Below, in pieces: positions 1 through 9,828 of a stretch of 64,000 nt of DNA. Source of the stretch: an uncultured Planctomycetaceae bacterium (GTDB lineage: Bacteria > Planctomycetota > Planctomycetia > Isosphaerales > Isosphaeraceae); contig CAWIAD010000002.1 of the NCBI GenBank assembly GCA_963833985.1, positions 6,112,001 to 6,176,000 on the forward strand, read 5' to 3'. Below the pieces are notes generated by a model, which was not told the origin of the DNA, did no database searches, and worked only from the letters and a program-made list of their open reading frames with translations. The translations under genes and the position numbers were made by a program. The stretch's first letter is position 1. Each line of letters starts with the position of its first letter.

Positions 1-1
1 G

Positions 2-739
2 ATTGAATTCTTCTGCCGGCCCGACGAGGCCAGGGACTGGTATGCCTACTGGCGGAAGACGCGGTTTCAGTGGTATGTGGATCTGGGGCTGAGGTCGGAC
101 CGGCTGCGGCTCCGCGATCACGACGCCGAGGAGCTTGCCTTCTACTCCACGGCCACCGCCGACATCGAGTACACGTTCCCGTTCGGCACCAGCGAGCTCG
201 AGGGCATCGCTCACCGGGGCGATTATGACCTCACCCAGCACATGAAGCACAGCGGCAAGGACCTGAGCTACTTCGACGAGGAACGCAAGGAGCGTTTCGT
301 CCCGCACGTCGTGGAGCCTTCGGCGGGTGCCGACCGGGCCACGCTGGCTTTCCTCTGCGAGGCTTACACCGAGGACCAGGTGGGCGGAGAGGCGCGCACG
401 GTGCTCAAGTTCCATCCCCGCCTTGCGCCCATCAAGGCCGCAGTCTTCCCGCTGGTGAAGCGGGACGGCATGCCGGAAAAGGCCGGGGCGATCTACCGCG
501 ACCTGCGCCGCAACTTCAACGTCTTCTACGACGAAAAAGGCGCGATCGGGCGCCGCTATCGCCGCCAGGATGAGGCCGGGACTCCCTTTTGCATCACGAT
601 TGACAGCCAAACGCAGGCCGACGACACGGTCACGCTGCGCGATCGTGATAGCTGCCGGCAGTGGCGCGTGGCCAGCGCCGGGATCACCCAGGCCCTCCGC
701 GACCTGCTCGAGGGGCAGGCCATTCCGGCCGAGGATTGA
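2..739 (+). CDS. glyQS: Glycine--tRNA ligase (alpha2 type), 5'-truncated by the window edge
   Basis: Frame is open from position 2 (IEFFCRPDE...). Motifs ELEGIAHRGDYDL and PHVVEPSAGADR; anticodon-binding domain IGRRYRRQDEAGTPFCITID. Confidence 0.95.
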   Translation: MEFFCRPDEARDWYAYWRKTRFQWYVDLGLRSDRLRLRDHDAEELAFYSTATADIEYTFPFGTSELEGIAHRGDYDLTQHMKHSGKDLSYFDEERKERFVPHVVEPSAGADRATLAFLCEAYTEDQVGGEARTVLKFHPRLAPIKAAVFPLVKRDGMPEKAGAIYRDLRRNFNVFYDEKGAIGRRYRRQDEAGTPFCITIDSQTQADDTVTLRDRDSCRQWRVASAGITQALRDLLEGQAIPAED

Positions 740-844
740 GCGTGCTCCCACTGCCGCCGAGTGGCACGGCACCCTGTGACGGTGGCAAGCTCCAGGAGTC
801 GATGACATGACGCCCCGCCGATTCGCCGAGCGCCAGGTTGCTTC

Positions 845-1690
845 ATGAAAGCCTGCATCAGCCAAGCCACGACGATGAGCACGCCGCTGGAAGCCGACCT
901 GCCGGCATTCGCGCGCGGTGGCTGGCCGGCCGTCGAGCTCTGGCTCACCAAGGTGGAGAACTACCTCGAGAGCCACTCGATCGGGGAGCTGCGGGGAATT
1001 TTCGAGGCGCAGGCCCTGCGGCCCGTTGCGGCCGCGGGCCAGGGCGGCCTGCTGCTGACGCGTGGCCAGGAGCGTGAGGCGCACTGGAGCCATTTTCGCC
1101 GCCGGCTGGCGATCCTCGGGGACCTTGGCGTACCGCTCCTGATTATTTCAGCGGACATGGTGCGCGAGCCTGTCGGGGACGACTACCAGCGCGCCGCGGC
1201 CGCCCTCGGCGAGGCGTCCACGCTTGCCGCCGGGTTCGGCGTCCGGATCGCCCTCGAATTCCAAAAATCCTCAGGCTTCTGCGCCAGCCTGGATACGGCT
1301 CTGGCATTGGTGGAACCGAGCGCCTCGCTCCACACCGGGGTCTGTCTCGACCTGTTTCACTACTACACGGGCCCGAGCAAGTTTGAAGACCTGGCCTACC
1401 TGACCCGCGACTCCCTGGCCTGGGTTCAGGTCTGCGACTCCAGCGGCACCCCGCGCGAGCTGGCCGGTGACCGGGACCGGATCCTCCCCGGTGAGGGAGA
1501 CTTTCAGCTCGATCCGATCCTCGATCAGATCGCGCGCATCGGCTACGACGGGTACGTCTCGCTGGAGGTTCCCAATCCCCAGCTCTGGCAGGTGCCCGCC
1601 GACCGGGTTTGCGACCTGGGCTACCAGGCGCTTTGCCGCGTGCTGGGAGCCAGGCACAAGCACACGCCTGAAACCTGGGGAGGAGCATGA
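845..1690 (+). CDS. Sugar phosphate isomerase/epimerase (xylose-isomerase-like TIM barrel)
   Basis: Motifs IALEF, CLDLFHYY, VQVCD, RILPGEG and GYDGYVSLEV. Confidence 0.85.
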   Translation: MKACISQATTMSTPLEADLPAFARGGWPAVELWLTKVENYLESHSIGELRGIFEAQALRPVAAAGQGGLLLTRGQEREAHWSHFRRRLAILGDLGVPLLIISADMVREPVGDDYQRAAAALGEASTLAAGFGVRIALEFQKSSGFCASLDTALALVEPSASLHTGVCLDLFHYYTGPSKFEDLAYLTRDSLAWVQVCDSSGTPRELAGDRDRILPGEGDFQLDPILDQIARIGYDGYVSLEVPNPQLWQVPADRVCDLGYQALCRVLGARHKHTPETWGGA

Positions 1691-2236
1691 GCGTGTCGAC
1701 CGTGGTGACCATGCGGCCTGCCGCCACCGTGTTCCGTGAGGAGCAGTACTTCGACTGGCGCGTGTACGCTCTCATTGCGGTGCTGGAGCTGGCGTCCGGC
1801 TACGCCCTGGTCTGGGCCACGCGGCACTGGGACCCGATCGACGCCCTGCTGGCGCACCGCTGGTCCATCGAGTTCTCACTCGGACTGCTCGTGACCGTGG
1901 CGCTGCCCATGCTGATGGCGATCGTCCTGCTGCACATGACCACCGAGGTCACCGCGACCGAGGTGCGCGTCTGGTTCGGCTGGATTCCGATCTACCGCCG
2001 GGCACTGGCGATCACCGGCATCAAGCACTACCACGTTGTCGAATACCGGCCGATCGCCGACTACGGCGGCTGGGGACCCCGGACCGGCCGTGACGGCGAG
2101 CGCAGTGCTCAGCGCCCGTGGCAACCGGGGCGTGCGGCTGGAGCTTGCTGATGGCTCCAGGCTCCTGATTGGCAGCCAGCGTCCCGAGGAACTTGCCGAG
2201 ACCATCGAGCGCGCCTGCCGCCCCGATGTGGTCTGA
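1687..2236 (+). CDS. Membrane protein (DUF6141-like); frameshift near 2104
   Basis: Two TM helices followed by YRPIADYGGWG. The reading continues in another frame as VLSARGNRGVRLELADGSRLLIGSQRPEELA. ATGA overlap with the upstream gene. Confidence 0.7.
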
Positions 2237-2272
2237 TTGACGGGCTGGCCGCCCCAGGTACCGCTTCTCAGA

Positions 2273-2719
2273 TTAAAACCATCGCCCGAGCCGCTCCTGT
2301 ACCGGCGGCATGGTCAACAGAACTCCGGCGACGATCAGCCCGGCACCAACGAGCGTCAGCGGCCTCACGGTTTCCTTCAGCACGAGGAACCCGAGAGCCA
2401 TGGCAATGACGAAGCTGAGCTTGTCAATCGGGGCCACGCCCGAGATCGGCCCTTCCTTGAGCGCGGCGAAGTAGAAGAGCCACGACAGCCCCGTCGCGAT
2501 CCCCGAGAGCACAAGCGCCAGCCACCCGCGCCCGGAGATGGAATCCAGATGCCGGAACTGCCCGGTCGAGGCGACGATGCCGGTCGCGAAGAAGACGACC
2601 ACGATGGTGCGGACCAGCGTGGCCAGGTTGGAAGGAACATCAGTCACGCCGATCTTCGCCAGCAGCGCCGTCAAGCCCGCGAAGATCGCCGAGAGCGCGG
2701 CATAGATGGTCCAGTTCAC
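2273..2719 (-). CDS. EamA/DMT family transporter (single domain)
   Basis: About 5 TM helices; motifs YAALSAIFAGLTALLAKIG, SWLFYFAAL and VAPIDKLS. Confidence 0.9.
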   Translation of the reverse strand: MNWTIYAALSAIFAGLTALLAKIGVTDVPSNLATLVRTIVVVFFATGIVASTGQFRHLDSISGRGWLALVLSGIATGLSWLFYFAALKEGPISGVAPIDKLSFVIAMALGFLVLKETVRPLTLVGAGLIVAGVLLTMPPVQERLGRWF

Positions 2720-2857
2720 CGGTTCCGCCCTCGAGGTCGTTGTTGCGTCCTGCCTTCGGGCCGGTCCTTTCCGTGGGACACGACTCCAATCGTGTCATCA
2801 AGAACCTGCCCGACACGTTTGGAATTATGTTCCGCGGAGACACGACTGGAATCCCTC

Positions 2858-2880
2858 GTTCCCACGCAGAGCGTGGGAAC
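2858..2880. repeat. REP-like palindrome GTTCCCACGC-AGA-GCGTGGGAAC
   Basis: Perfect 10-bp stem with a 3-nt loop, intergenic. Confidence 0.7.
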
Positions 2881-2883
2881 AAA

Positions 2884-2998
2884 CCGGGGGGCAGGCATTC
2901 CTGCCTGCCGGAGAAGGCCTGCCTTGGCAGACAGGAATGTCTGCCCCCCCCCCTTCAAAGCTCAGAAACTGCCTGCGACCGTCAGAAAACCGCCCTAG
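2884..2998 (-). mobile_element. MITE/REPIN-like element, copy 1 (one terminus missing)
   Basis: Near reverse-complement of 15900..16013. Contains two inverted GGCAGRCATTCCTGYCTGCC-type palindromes and ends in GAAAACCGCCCTAG. Confidence 0.75.
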
Positions 2999-3261
2999 GC
3001 CTCCTCATTCTCACGGATCTGCCGGTCAATTTCGTAGGCGTGATCAACGACATAAGCCCAGGCATTGACAAGGTTGGTGGCGCGGAGGGTAGGGAAGGCG
3101 GCCAGAATCTGTGATTCCGTCAATCCGAGGCGGCGGTAATGTTCCAGCGTCCAGACCGGGATTCTCGTTCCGGCGATCCGAGGGTCGCCACCGCAGATAT
3201 CGGGTGTTGATTCGATCCCCGATCCGAGCCCGGCCAGAAGCTGTTCCACCGTCACGCCCAT
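2995..3261 (-). CDS. DUF433 domain protein (antitoxin-like)
   Basis: Motif STPDICGGDPRIAGTRIPV...ILAAFPTL. Upstream GGGAGG RBS and extended -10 TGGTAGAAT. Confidence 0.85.
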   Translation of the reverse strand: MGVTVEQLLAGLGSGIESTPDICGGDPRIAGTRIPVWTLEHYRRLGLTESQILAAFPTLRATNLVNAWAYVVDHAYEIDRQIRENEEA

Positions 3262-3356
3262 CCGCGATCATCCTCCCTCGAAAAATTCTACCAGCTTACG
3301 AGCAATGGACAAACGTCCTGAATCGCCGATCCATGTCGGCGACACGGAACTGCCTC

Positions 3357-5347
3357 TCAGCCGCTTTTCGCGCTCACCTTGATGAGCATAACTCCGTGCC
3401 TCGGCACGCGTGCCGAGAACTGCTCCGAAGGTGCTTCCAGATCCTTCTGCCGCCAGAGGTCCCGGATGGCCACGGGGCCGGAGATCCCCAGGTCGCTGAA
3501 CCGGACGGAGACGGCCTTCTCCTCCTCGCCAAGGTTGAACAGGCCCACGGCCTTCGATCCGTCTTCCAGGTCCTTCGCCCACACCTCGGACTCCTCGAGC
3601 TCAAGCTTGGAAACCCGGTGCGCCTGGCGGCCGAGGGGGTCCTGGTTCACCTCCAGGACCTCGTCGTTGGTCAGCAGGTTGAGCGTGAATTCATCGAGCC
3701 TGGTCAGGTCGCAGCCAATCAGGAGCGGGGCCGAGAGCAGCGACCAGAGGCTGATGTGCGTGTACTGCTCGCTGGGCGTCAGGTGCGTGGGATGAAGCGC
3801 AGGGCCCCAGCCTACCCAGCCGACGACCAGCATGTCCGGATCGTTCCAGTTGCCTGGCTGCGCGTACCGCTCATGTCCGGCCTGGGCAAAGCCGATGCCC
3901 GCCATGCTGCCCCACGAGTCCGTGATGTCGCCGGTGGTCCGCCAGCAACTGCCGCCCACGGAGCCGCCCCACTCCCAGACGTTGTCCATGCCGTACTGGC
4001 AGAGCGAGAAGACGATGTCGCGGTTCTGCGCAGGAGCATGCGTCCCATCAGCTCATAAGGCCTGGTGTAATAGGCGCGGCCGCTCCCCTTCTGCACGTCA
4101 CCGTAGCTGCACCAGTCGTATTTCAGGTAGTCGAAGCCCCACTCGGCGATGCGCTCGGCATCTTCCTTCTCGTGCTTGTAGCTGGCCACGCAGCCTCCGC
4201 ACGTTTTCGGGCCCGGCGAGGAGTAGATGCCGGCCTTCAGCCCCAGGGAGTGGATGTGGTCGGTGAGCGCTTTCATGTCGGGAAAACGAGGATTCGCGTT
4301 GATCTTGCCGCTGGCGTCGCGATCCGGCCCGTGCAGCGTGGGGTCCCGGTCTTCGTTCTTGGGCATCCAGAAGTCATCAATGTTGATGTACGTCCAGCCG
4401 TGGTCGCGCAGACCGGCCCTGACGAAGGCGTCCGCGGCGTCGCGGACATTCTTCTCGGTGACGGCACCCGCGAAGCAGTTCCAGGAGTTCCAGCCGAGCG
4501 GCGGCGTGAGCGCCAGCCGGTCGCCGACGACGATGCGCAGGTCGCGGCTTGCCGTCCCCTGGCCATTGCTGACGGTCAGCTTCACCACGTGCTGGCCCCG
4601 CGCATCGAGGGCGCCGGTGATGATGCCGGTGGCCGGGTCGAGCCGCATCCCCGCCGGCAGGCCCTCCGCGTGGTAGGCCAGCGGGCGTTCGCCGGTGGCG
4701 GCAATCGTGAACAGGAACGGGCTGCCCGGCCGGACGCCCACCACCTTCGCTCCATTGATCCGGGGCCGGGCCAAGGGCCTGGGCGTGAGCACGTAGACCG
4801 CCTCGTGGAACTGCTGGACCTCCGGCTTCTCCCCCTCGTAAGTGATGACCGCGCCGGCCCAGTCGGCATGGTCGAAGGTGATGCCGTCGCCGGCGTCGCG
4901 CACCTGGAGGATGAGCGTCTTGATCCCGGCGACATCCAGGTTGACCTCCTTTGCCGGCTGCCGTCCACGCATCACTCCGCTGGACCAGAGGGTCTTGCCG
5001 CCGGAGAGAACGCGGAACTCGACGCTGCCCTGGCCATGCGTCTCGTCGTCCACGCCCACCCAGGCTGTGAACCGCCGCGCCATACCTTTCAGGTCCAGCA
5101 CCAGGCGCGAATCGGCGTGGGTACCGAAGCCGTGCTCGAAGACCTGGCCCCCCAGCGTCAACCGGTGATGGTCCACGGTCCTGTTCGCGGCCGGGTTGCC
5201 GAAGCTCTGCGTGGCCGCGCTAAGATCCATCGCGGATAGGCGGACCTCGTCGCCGGCAGCGGTGCCGCAGCAGAGCGCGGCGAGCAGCGTCGGGAGTATT
5301 CGGATCGAGTAATGAGAGAATTTCGACGGCATGATCGTGTCCTGCAT
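3357..5347 (-). CDS. Alpha-galactosidase (GH27) with signal peptide, NPCBM/NEW2 and Ig-like domains; frameshift near 4030
   Basis: Motifs TPPLGWNSWNCF, YINIDDFW, DYLKYDWC and WRTTGDITD...WNDPDMLVVG are split across ORFs 3812..5347 and 3357..3989. Confidence 0.92.
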
Positions 5348-5460
5348 CTTTTGCGGCGCCCTTGGAAAGAGCGGTCAGAGGTTGGCGTGCTCTCCGGCTC
5401 CCTGGTTCTTTCACCCTAGCCCGGGGAAAGGCGCGGGGCAAGAAGCGCGTGCGGCGCGTG

Positions 5461-5715
5461 TCAGGGCGGGTCGTATCCGCCCGGGTTCCAGGGGTGGCAG
5501 CGAGAGAGCCGGCGCAGGCCGCGCGCCAGGCCGCGGATCAGCCCATATTTCTTGAGGGATTCGACCATGTAGCGGCTGCAACTGGGATGGAATCGGCAGA
5601 CGTTCCCCAGCAGCGGGCTGAGCGTCGCCTGGTAAACCCGGATCAGGCCGATCAAGAGCACGATGAGTGCACGCGACGGCCAGCCCAGCAAGACCTTGAG
5701 TCCTGCGGATGTCAT
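5461..5715 (-). CDS. yidD: Membrane protein insertion efficiency factor YidD
   Basis: Motif YQATLSP...[10 protein letters not shown]...[13 protein letters not shown]. Confidence 0.95.
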   Translation of the reverse strand: MTSAGLKVLLGWPSRALIVLLIGLIRVYQATLSPLLGNVCRFHPSCSRYMVESLKKYGLIRGLARGLRRLSRCHPWNPGGYDPP

Positions 5716-6107
5716 GACTCGGGATCGGCCTGGGGACTGGGTGGTCGGCGTGGCAGCTTCAGCCGTCGGGCCAGGTCGCGCCCCAGCGCCAGCAACGAGC
5801 GCCGGACCGCGACGTAGGTCAAGGTGCCGGCCCGCGGCAGGACGATGAAATCGACGCCCGGCGGCAGTTCGTCCTTGGCCAGACGGAACGCTTCCCGGAT
5901 CAGCCGCTTGACGCGGTTCCGCGCCGTGGCCCTGCGCACCTTCTTGCGCAACACCGAGATCCCCAGCCTGGGATGATTGAGTCCGTTTTCCACACCGTAG
6001 ATGATGAGCACATCATCCGACACGGACCTGCGGCGGTCGAACGCGCGCCGGAATTCGGCGGGGTCCTTGATCCGCTCATGCGGCCGGAAAGTTTGCTTCG
6101 GTGTCAT
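5712..6107 (-). CDS. rnpA: Ribonuclease P protein component
   Basis: Motif [29 protein letters not shown] (RNR motif). Confidence 0.95.
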   Translation of the reverse strand: MTPKQTFRPHERIKDPAEFRRAFDRRRSVSDDVLIIYGVENGLNHPRLGISVLRKKVRRATARNRVKRLIREAFRLAKDELPPGVDFIVLPRAGTLTYVAVRRSLLALGRDLARRLKLPRRPPSPQADPES

Positions 6108-6146
6108 CGTGCGAGTGCTCCCACAGCCCGGATCGAGATCCCGCCA

Positions 6147-6473
6147 TCATGTTGCAGGGCGATCAGCGATGTCCGGCCCCGCGGTTGCGTCCGGCCGCGG
6201 ATTGCCGTCTCGAGCGATCTCGGGAAGGGCCACATCACGCGGCGGTCCGAGCCGATCGCGGATGAGCTGAGCCCGTCGCCTCAGATGCCAGATTACCAGC
6301 AGGCCCACGACGGCGATGGTGGCAAGCACGGTTGCCAGCAGGCTGCCGACCGCGCGGCCGAGCCGGGGCCGAGCCTCGGGACGCTCCGCCAGGATCTTTC
6401 CGAGCCGGCTTCTTGCGGGCGGGCGGCCGCTGCCGGCCGCAGCAGGGTTTGCTTCGGCTTCGCGGTCAGTCAT
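6147..6473 (-). CDS. Small single-TM hypothetical protein
   Basis: ATG at 6473 overlaps the upstream gene end. TM segment LLATVLATIAVVGLLVIW followed by basic residues. Confidence 0.6.
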   Translation of the reverse strand: MTDREAEANPAAAGSGRPPARSRLGKILAERPEARPRLGRAVGSLLATVLATIAVVGLLVIWHLRRRAQLIRDRLGPPRDVALPEIARDGNPRPDATAGPDIADRPAT

Positions 6474-6834
6474 GGGCGTTGGCACGGGAAGACGCAGGAC
6501 GCGCCGGAGCTTCCGTATCCGTGCCAGCGTCAGCGTCGACCTCGACCTCGACAATCTCGCGCAGCTCACCGGCCAGGTCGTCCAGGTGGTGATGAAGCTC
6601 GGTCATCCGGTCGCAGAGGTGGAGGATCACTTCCACGCCGGCCAGGTTGATTCCCAGGTCGCGCTGAAAGCTCATGATCGTCCAGAGCCTGCGCACCTGG
6701 GAGGGTTCATACCCGTCGACGCCTGCTTCATGGGCCGCCCGGACGAGCCCAAGCTGTTCGTAGCGCACGAGCACCTGGGTGGTGACGGAAAGCTGCTGGG
6801 CGGCGAGTTCGCGAGGGATGACGGATCGATTCAT
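6466..6834 (-). CDS. MerR-like HTH protein (CbpM/HspR-like chaperone modulator)
   Basis: Motif YEQLGLV...VRRLWTIMSFQRDLGINLAGVEVILHL; lies directly downstream of a DnaJ-class gene. Confidence 0.8.
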   Translation of the reverse strand: MNRSVIPRELAAQQLSVTTQVLVRYEQLGLVRAAHEAGVDGYEPSQVRRLWTIMSFQRDLGINLAGVEVILHLCDRMTELHHHLDDLAGELREIVEVEVDADAGTDTEAPARPASSRANAHD

Positions 6835-6915
6835 GGCCGGTCGAGCCTGGTCGGGCACTCCGTTTCTCTTGCCTGCGGGCATCCTGCCGCTCATGATCCG
6901 CTGGCTGCCAGATCC

Positions 6916-7882
6916 TTACCACAGCCCGGCGCGCGGGTTTTGCTTGTTGTGTTCGGCGAATTCCTGGATCAACTGCTTGCTGGCGTCGTCGATGTTGCGG
7001 GGCACGACGATCCGGAGCTGGACGAAAAGATCGCCACCCGGCTTGCCGCCCGCGGCGGGAACACCCTGCCCCTTGAGCCGCAGCTTCAGTCCCGAGGAGC
7101 TGCCCGGTGGAATGGTCAGCGACTTCATGCCGTCGAGCGATGGGACGTCGATCCTGGCCCCAAGGATTGCCTCGGCGACGGTGACCGGCACCTCGACCAC
7201 CAGGTTCCGCTCTTCCCGCCGGAAGTAGGGATGAGGCTCGACGGAGATGAGGATTGTCAGGTCGCCGCGCTGGCCGCCCTTGGGGCCAGGCTCCCCCTGC
7301 CCTTTCAGCCGCAGCCGGGCGCCGTTGTCGATGCCGGGAGGAATCTTCACCACGAGGTTTTCGGTGGTGCCTCCCTCACGCTGGATGTTGACCGAGGTCT
7401 CTCCGCCCCGGACGGCCGTGAGGAATGGGATGGTGAGGTGAGCCTCCACCGAGCGGCCACCGCGCGGCCGAGCCCCGCGTGAGGATCGCACCCGCCCCAG
7501 CAGGTCCTCGAAGATCCCCGCTCCCCCCTCGCCGCCTGGCATTCCGCCTGCCTGTCCCGGCCCGAAGAACTCCGAGAAATCAATCGTCTCGAAGCCCGGC
7601 TCGCCGAAGCGTGCGGTCCATTCCGAGGCGCTGGTGCGCGGGCCGGCCGCGGCCATGCCCTCGAACGCGGCCGTCCCGTAGCGGTCATAGAGCGATCGCT
7701 TCTCGGGGTCGGAAAGAATGTCGTAGGCCTGCTGTACCTGCTTGAACTTCTTCTCCGCCGACTTGTCGCCCGGATTGACGTCGGGATGGTGCTTGCGCCA
7801 GCCCGCGATAGGCCTTCTTGATGGCCTCCGGCGTGGCGTCGCGAGCCACTCCCAGCGTCTCGTAGTAATCGGGATCGGGCAT
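6916..7882 (-). CDS. DnaJ-class co-chaperone without zinc finger (CbpA-like); frameshift near 7797
   Basis: J domain DYYETLGV...KKAYR / KHHPDVNPGDK with the HPD motif, plus DnaJ C-terminal domain RLKGQG...GDL. Confidence 0.9.
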
Positions 7883-7940
7883 GACCTGAAGTGACCCTTT
7901 CAGCGCAAACCAGGACTCAGGCCGGTGCGGCCAGGAAGAT

Positions 7941-9641
7941 TCAGTGTATCCCGGATGCCGCACCGCGTTCAAGCCGAGGGAGGGACGCCTGGCCCGTGCT
8001 ACGCTTTGCTGGGATCTCCGCCGGCGCAAGCTTGTGCTCCAGCCTCGGCCGGTCGGCCTGCTGGGACAGGTCCCAGCTTGCCTGGTGGACCATGCGCACG
8101 ATGCGCTCCATCTTGGCGTACTCGATCCTCTCGGGGCGGTCGGCGGGCGTGTGATAATCGGGATGCAGCCCGGTGTGAATGAAGACCGCCGGGACCCCGT
8201 GCTGGAGGAACGGCCACTGATCGCTCCGGCGCAGCAGGTTCGACGCGTTATTGTCGAGCACTTGCTTGAGAGTCAGGCCGAAGCGCTGGCTCGCTTGCTC
8301 CATTGTGCCCGCGAGATCGCGACTGTAGCTGTGACCGAGCAGGTTCAGGGCGTTGCGGTTGGACTCGGCCGACTGGACCGGCAGGCCGCGGAACCGCGCT
8401 CCACCGCCCTCGGGGACTTCCTCGTTGCGGCCGATCATGTCCATGTTCAGGACCGCCACGATCTGGTCCAGCGGCACCAGCGGCCGTTCCACGAAGGCAT
8501 AGGCGCCCAGCAGGCCACGCTCCTCGGAGTTGAACGCCGCGAACAGGATCGACCGCTTCGGCCGGTGCCCCTGCTGCGCCGCCAGGGCATAGGCCTCGGC
8601 GATCTCGAGCAACCCCACGCATCCCGAGCCGTTGTCATCCGCTCCGTTGTAGACCTGGTCGCCGTCGGCCCCGTTGTGGTCGAGATGACAGGAGATGACG
8701 ACCCACTCGTTCTTCAGCTTCGGGTCGCAGCCCTCGATGGCGCCCACTACGTTGCGGTCGGGAACGGTGTGGTGCTGGACGTCAGTGGTCAGGGCAACGC
8801 CAAACAGGTTCACTTCCCGCGACCAGTCGCGTGGCCGCTCGGACGATTTCGCCAGCTCTTCGAGAGAGTTCGAATCGAAAAGCAGCTTCCGCGCCAGTCC
8901 CGTCGAGATCAACGCCGCGGGTATCCGCACGCGTTCGGTCCACTCCTGGAGCAGATAGCTTGGAATTCGCGCCGGCTTCTCGGGCCAGACGGCGTGCGCC
9001 AGGGCCTGGAAGTTCTCGGGCTCGGGGTGATTGTGGATGTCCGCCACGACGAGCACGCCGGCGGCGCCTTTCTCCTGCGCGATCAATACCTTGCGCAGCA
9101 AGCTCGACGACTCGCTCATCACCAGGCCCTCGAAGGGGCTTGCGGGGTCGTTTTCACCCGGTTCGTGAGCCAGGATCAGGACCATGCTGGGAGGGCCAGG
9201 GTAACCCCGGTAATCGTCGTGTCCGCGTTGTGGATCGCTGATGCCAAAGCCGGCGAAGAGAAGAGGGCAGGAGACTCTGCCCGAAGGACTGAAAGGAAGT
9301 GGAATGAAATCCTGGCCGACATGGAATTTCAGATCGCCGACTTTTTCCAGCGTGTTCGCCGGGCCCAGCGTGGCCGTCGTGAGCAGGAACGGCTCGTAGT
9401 ACGACCCGTCCTTCCCCATCGGCTTCAGCCCCAGGCGCTCGAACCGCGAGGCGATGAACTCGGCCGCGAGCTTGTTCCCTGGCGATCCGGTCAGCCGGCC
9501 TTGAAATGCATCGCCCGCCAGAAAGAAGAGATCGGCCTTGAGGTCCTGCTGGCGAATCGAATCATTGGCGGGCGCGGAGGCCTCACTGCCCGGCCCGAGC
9601 ATGGCCAGCAGCGACATGATGGAAATCAGGCTGGTCGCCAT
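7941..9641 (-). CDS. M28 family aminopeptidase with PA domain and signal peptide
   Basis: Motifs HLDH, NGADDNGSG, SEERGLLG, NMDMIGR, RSDQ and HPDYHTPAD. Confidence 0.92.
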   Translation of the reverse strand: MATSLISIMSLLAMLGPGSEASAPANDSIRQQDLKADLFFLAGDAFQGRLTGSPGNKLAAEFIASRFERLGLKPMGKDGSYYEPFLLTTATLGPANTLEKVGDLKFHVGQDFIPLPFSPSGRVSCPLLFAGFGISDPQRGHDDYRGYPGPPSMVLILAHEPGENDPASPFEGLVMSESSSLLRKVLIAQEKGAAGVLVVADIHNHPEPENFQALAHAVWPEKPARIPSYLLQEWTERVRIPAALISTGLARKLLFDSNSLEELAKSSERPRDWSREVNLFGVALTTDVQHHTVPDRNVVGAIEGCDPKLKNEWVVISCHLDHNGADGDQVYNGADDNGSGCVGLLEIAEAYALAAQQGHRPKRSILFAAFNSEERGLLGAYAFVERPLVPLDQIVAVLNMDMIGRNEEVPEGGGARFRGLPVQSAESNRNALNLLGHSYSRDLAGTMEQASQRFGLTLKQVLDNNASNLLRRSDQWPFLQHGVPAVFIHTGLHPDYHTPADRPERIEYAKMERIVRMVHQASWDLSQQADRPRLEHKLAPAEIPAKRSTGQASLPRLERGAASGIH

Positions 9642-9828
9642 GAATGTGTTCCCTGGAGTGGTACGAGATTCACGTCGAATCGCGGCTGCTCACCTGGCGT
9701 GACATGCGTCCTGGATCCCACGATGATCTTACAGTTCTCCCTGATTGTGCGCATCGGAAAAAAGAGGGAACTGGACGGATCGGAGCGGTCTCCTTGGAGT
9801 TGAGACGCGGGAAGGAGGTCCGGAAGAC

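Noticed and set aside
2858..2955. Palindromic repeats as a CRISPR array
   Set aside because: There are only two or three units, inverted rather than direct, with no unique spacers and no cas genes.
7944..9803. Long antisense or alternate-frame ORFs (also 20042..21694, 26759..28306, 59202..60710)
   Set aside because: They are shadows of well-supported genes, expected at high GC, and have no motifs.
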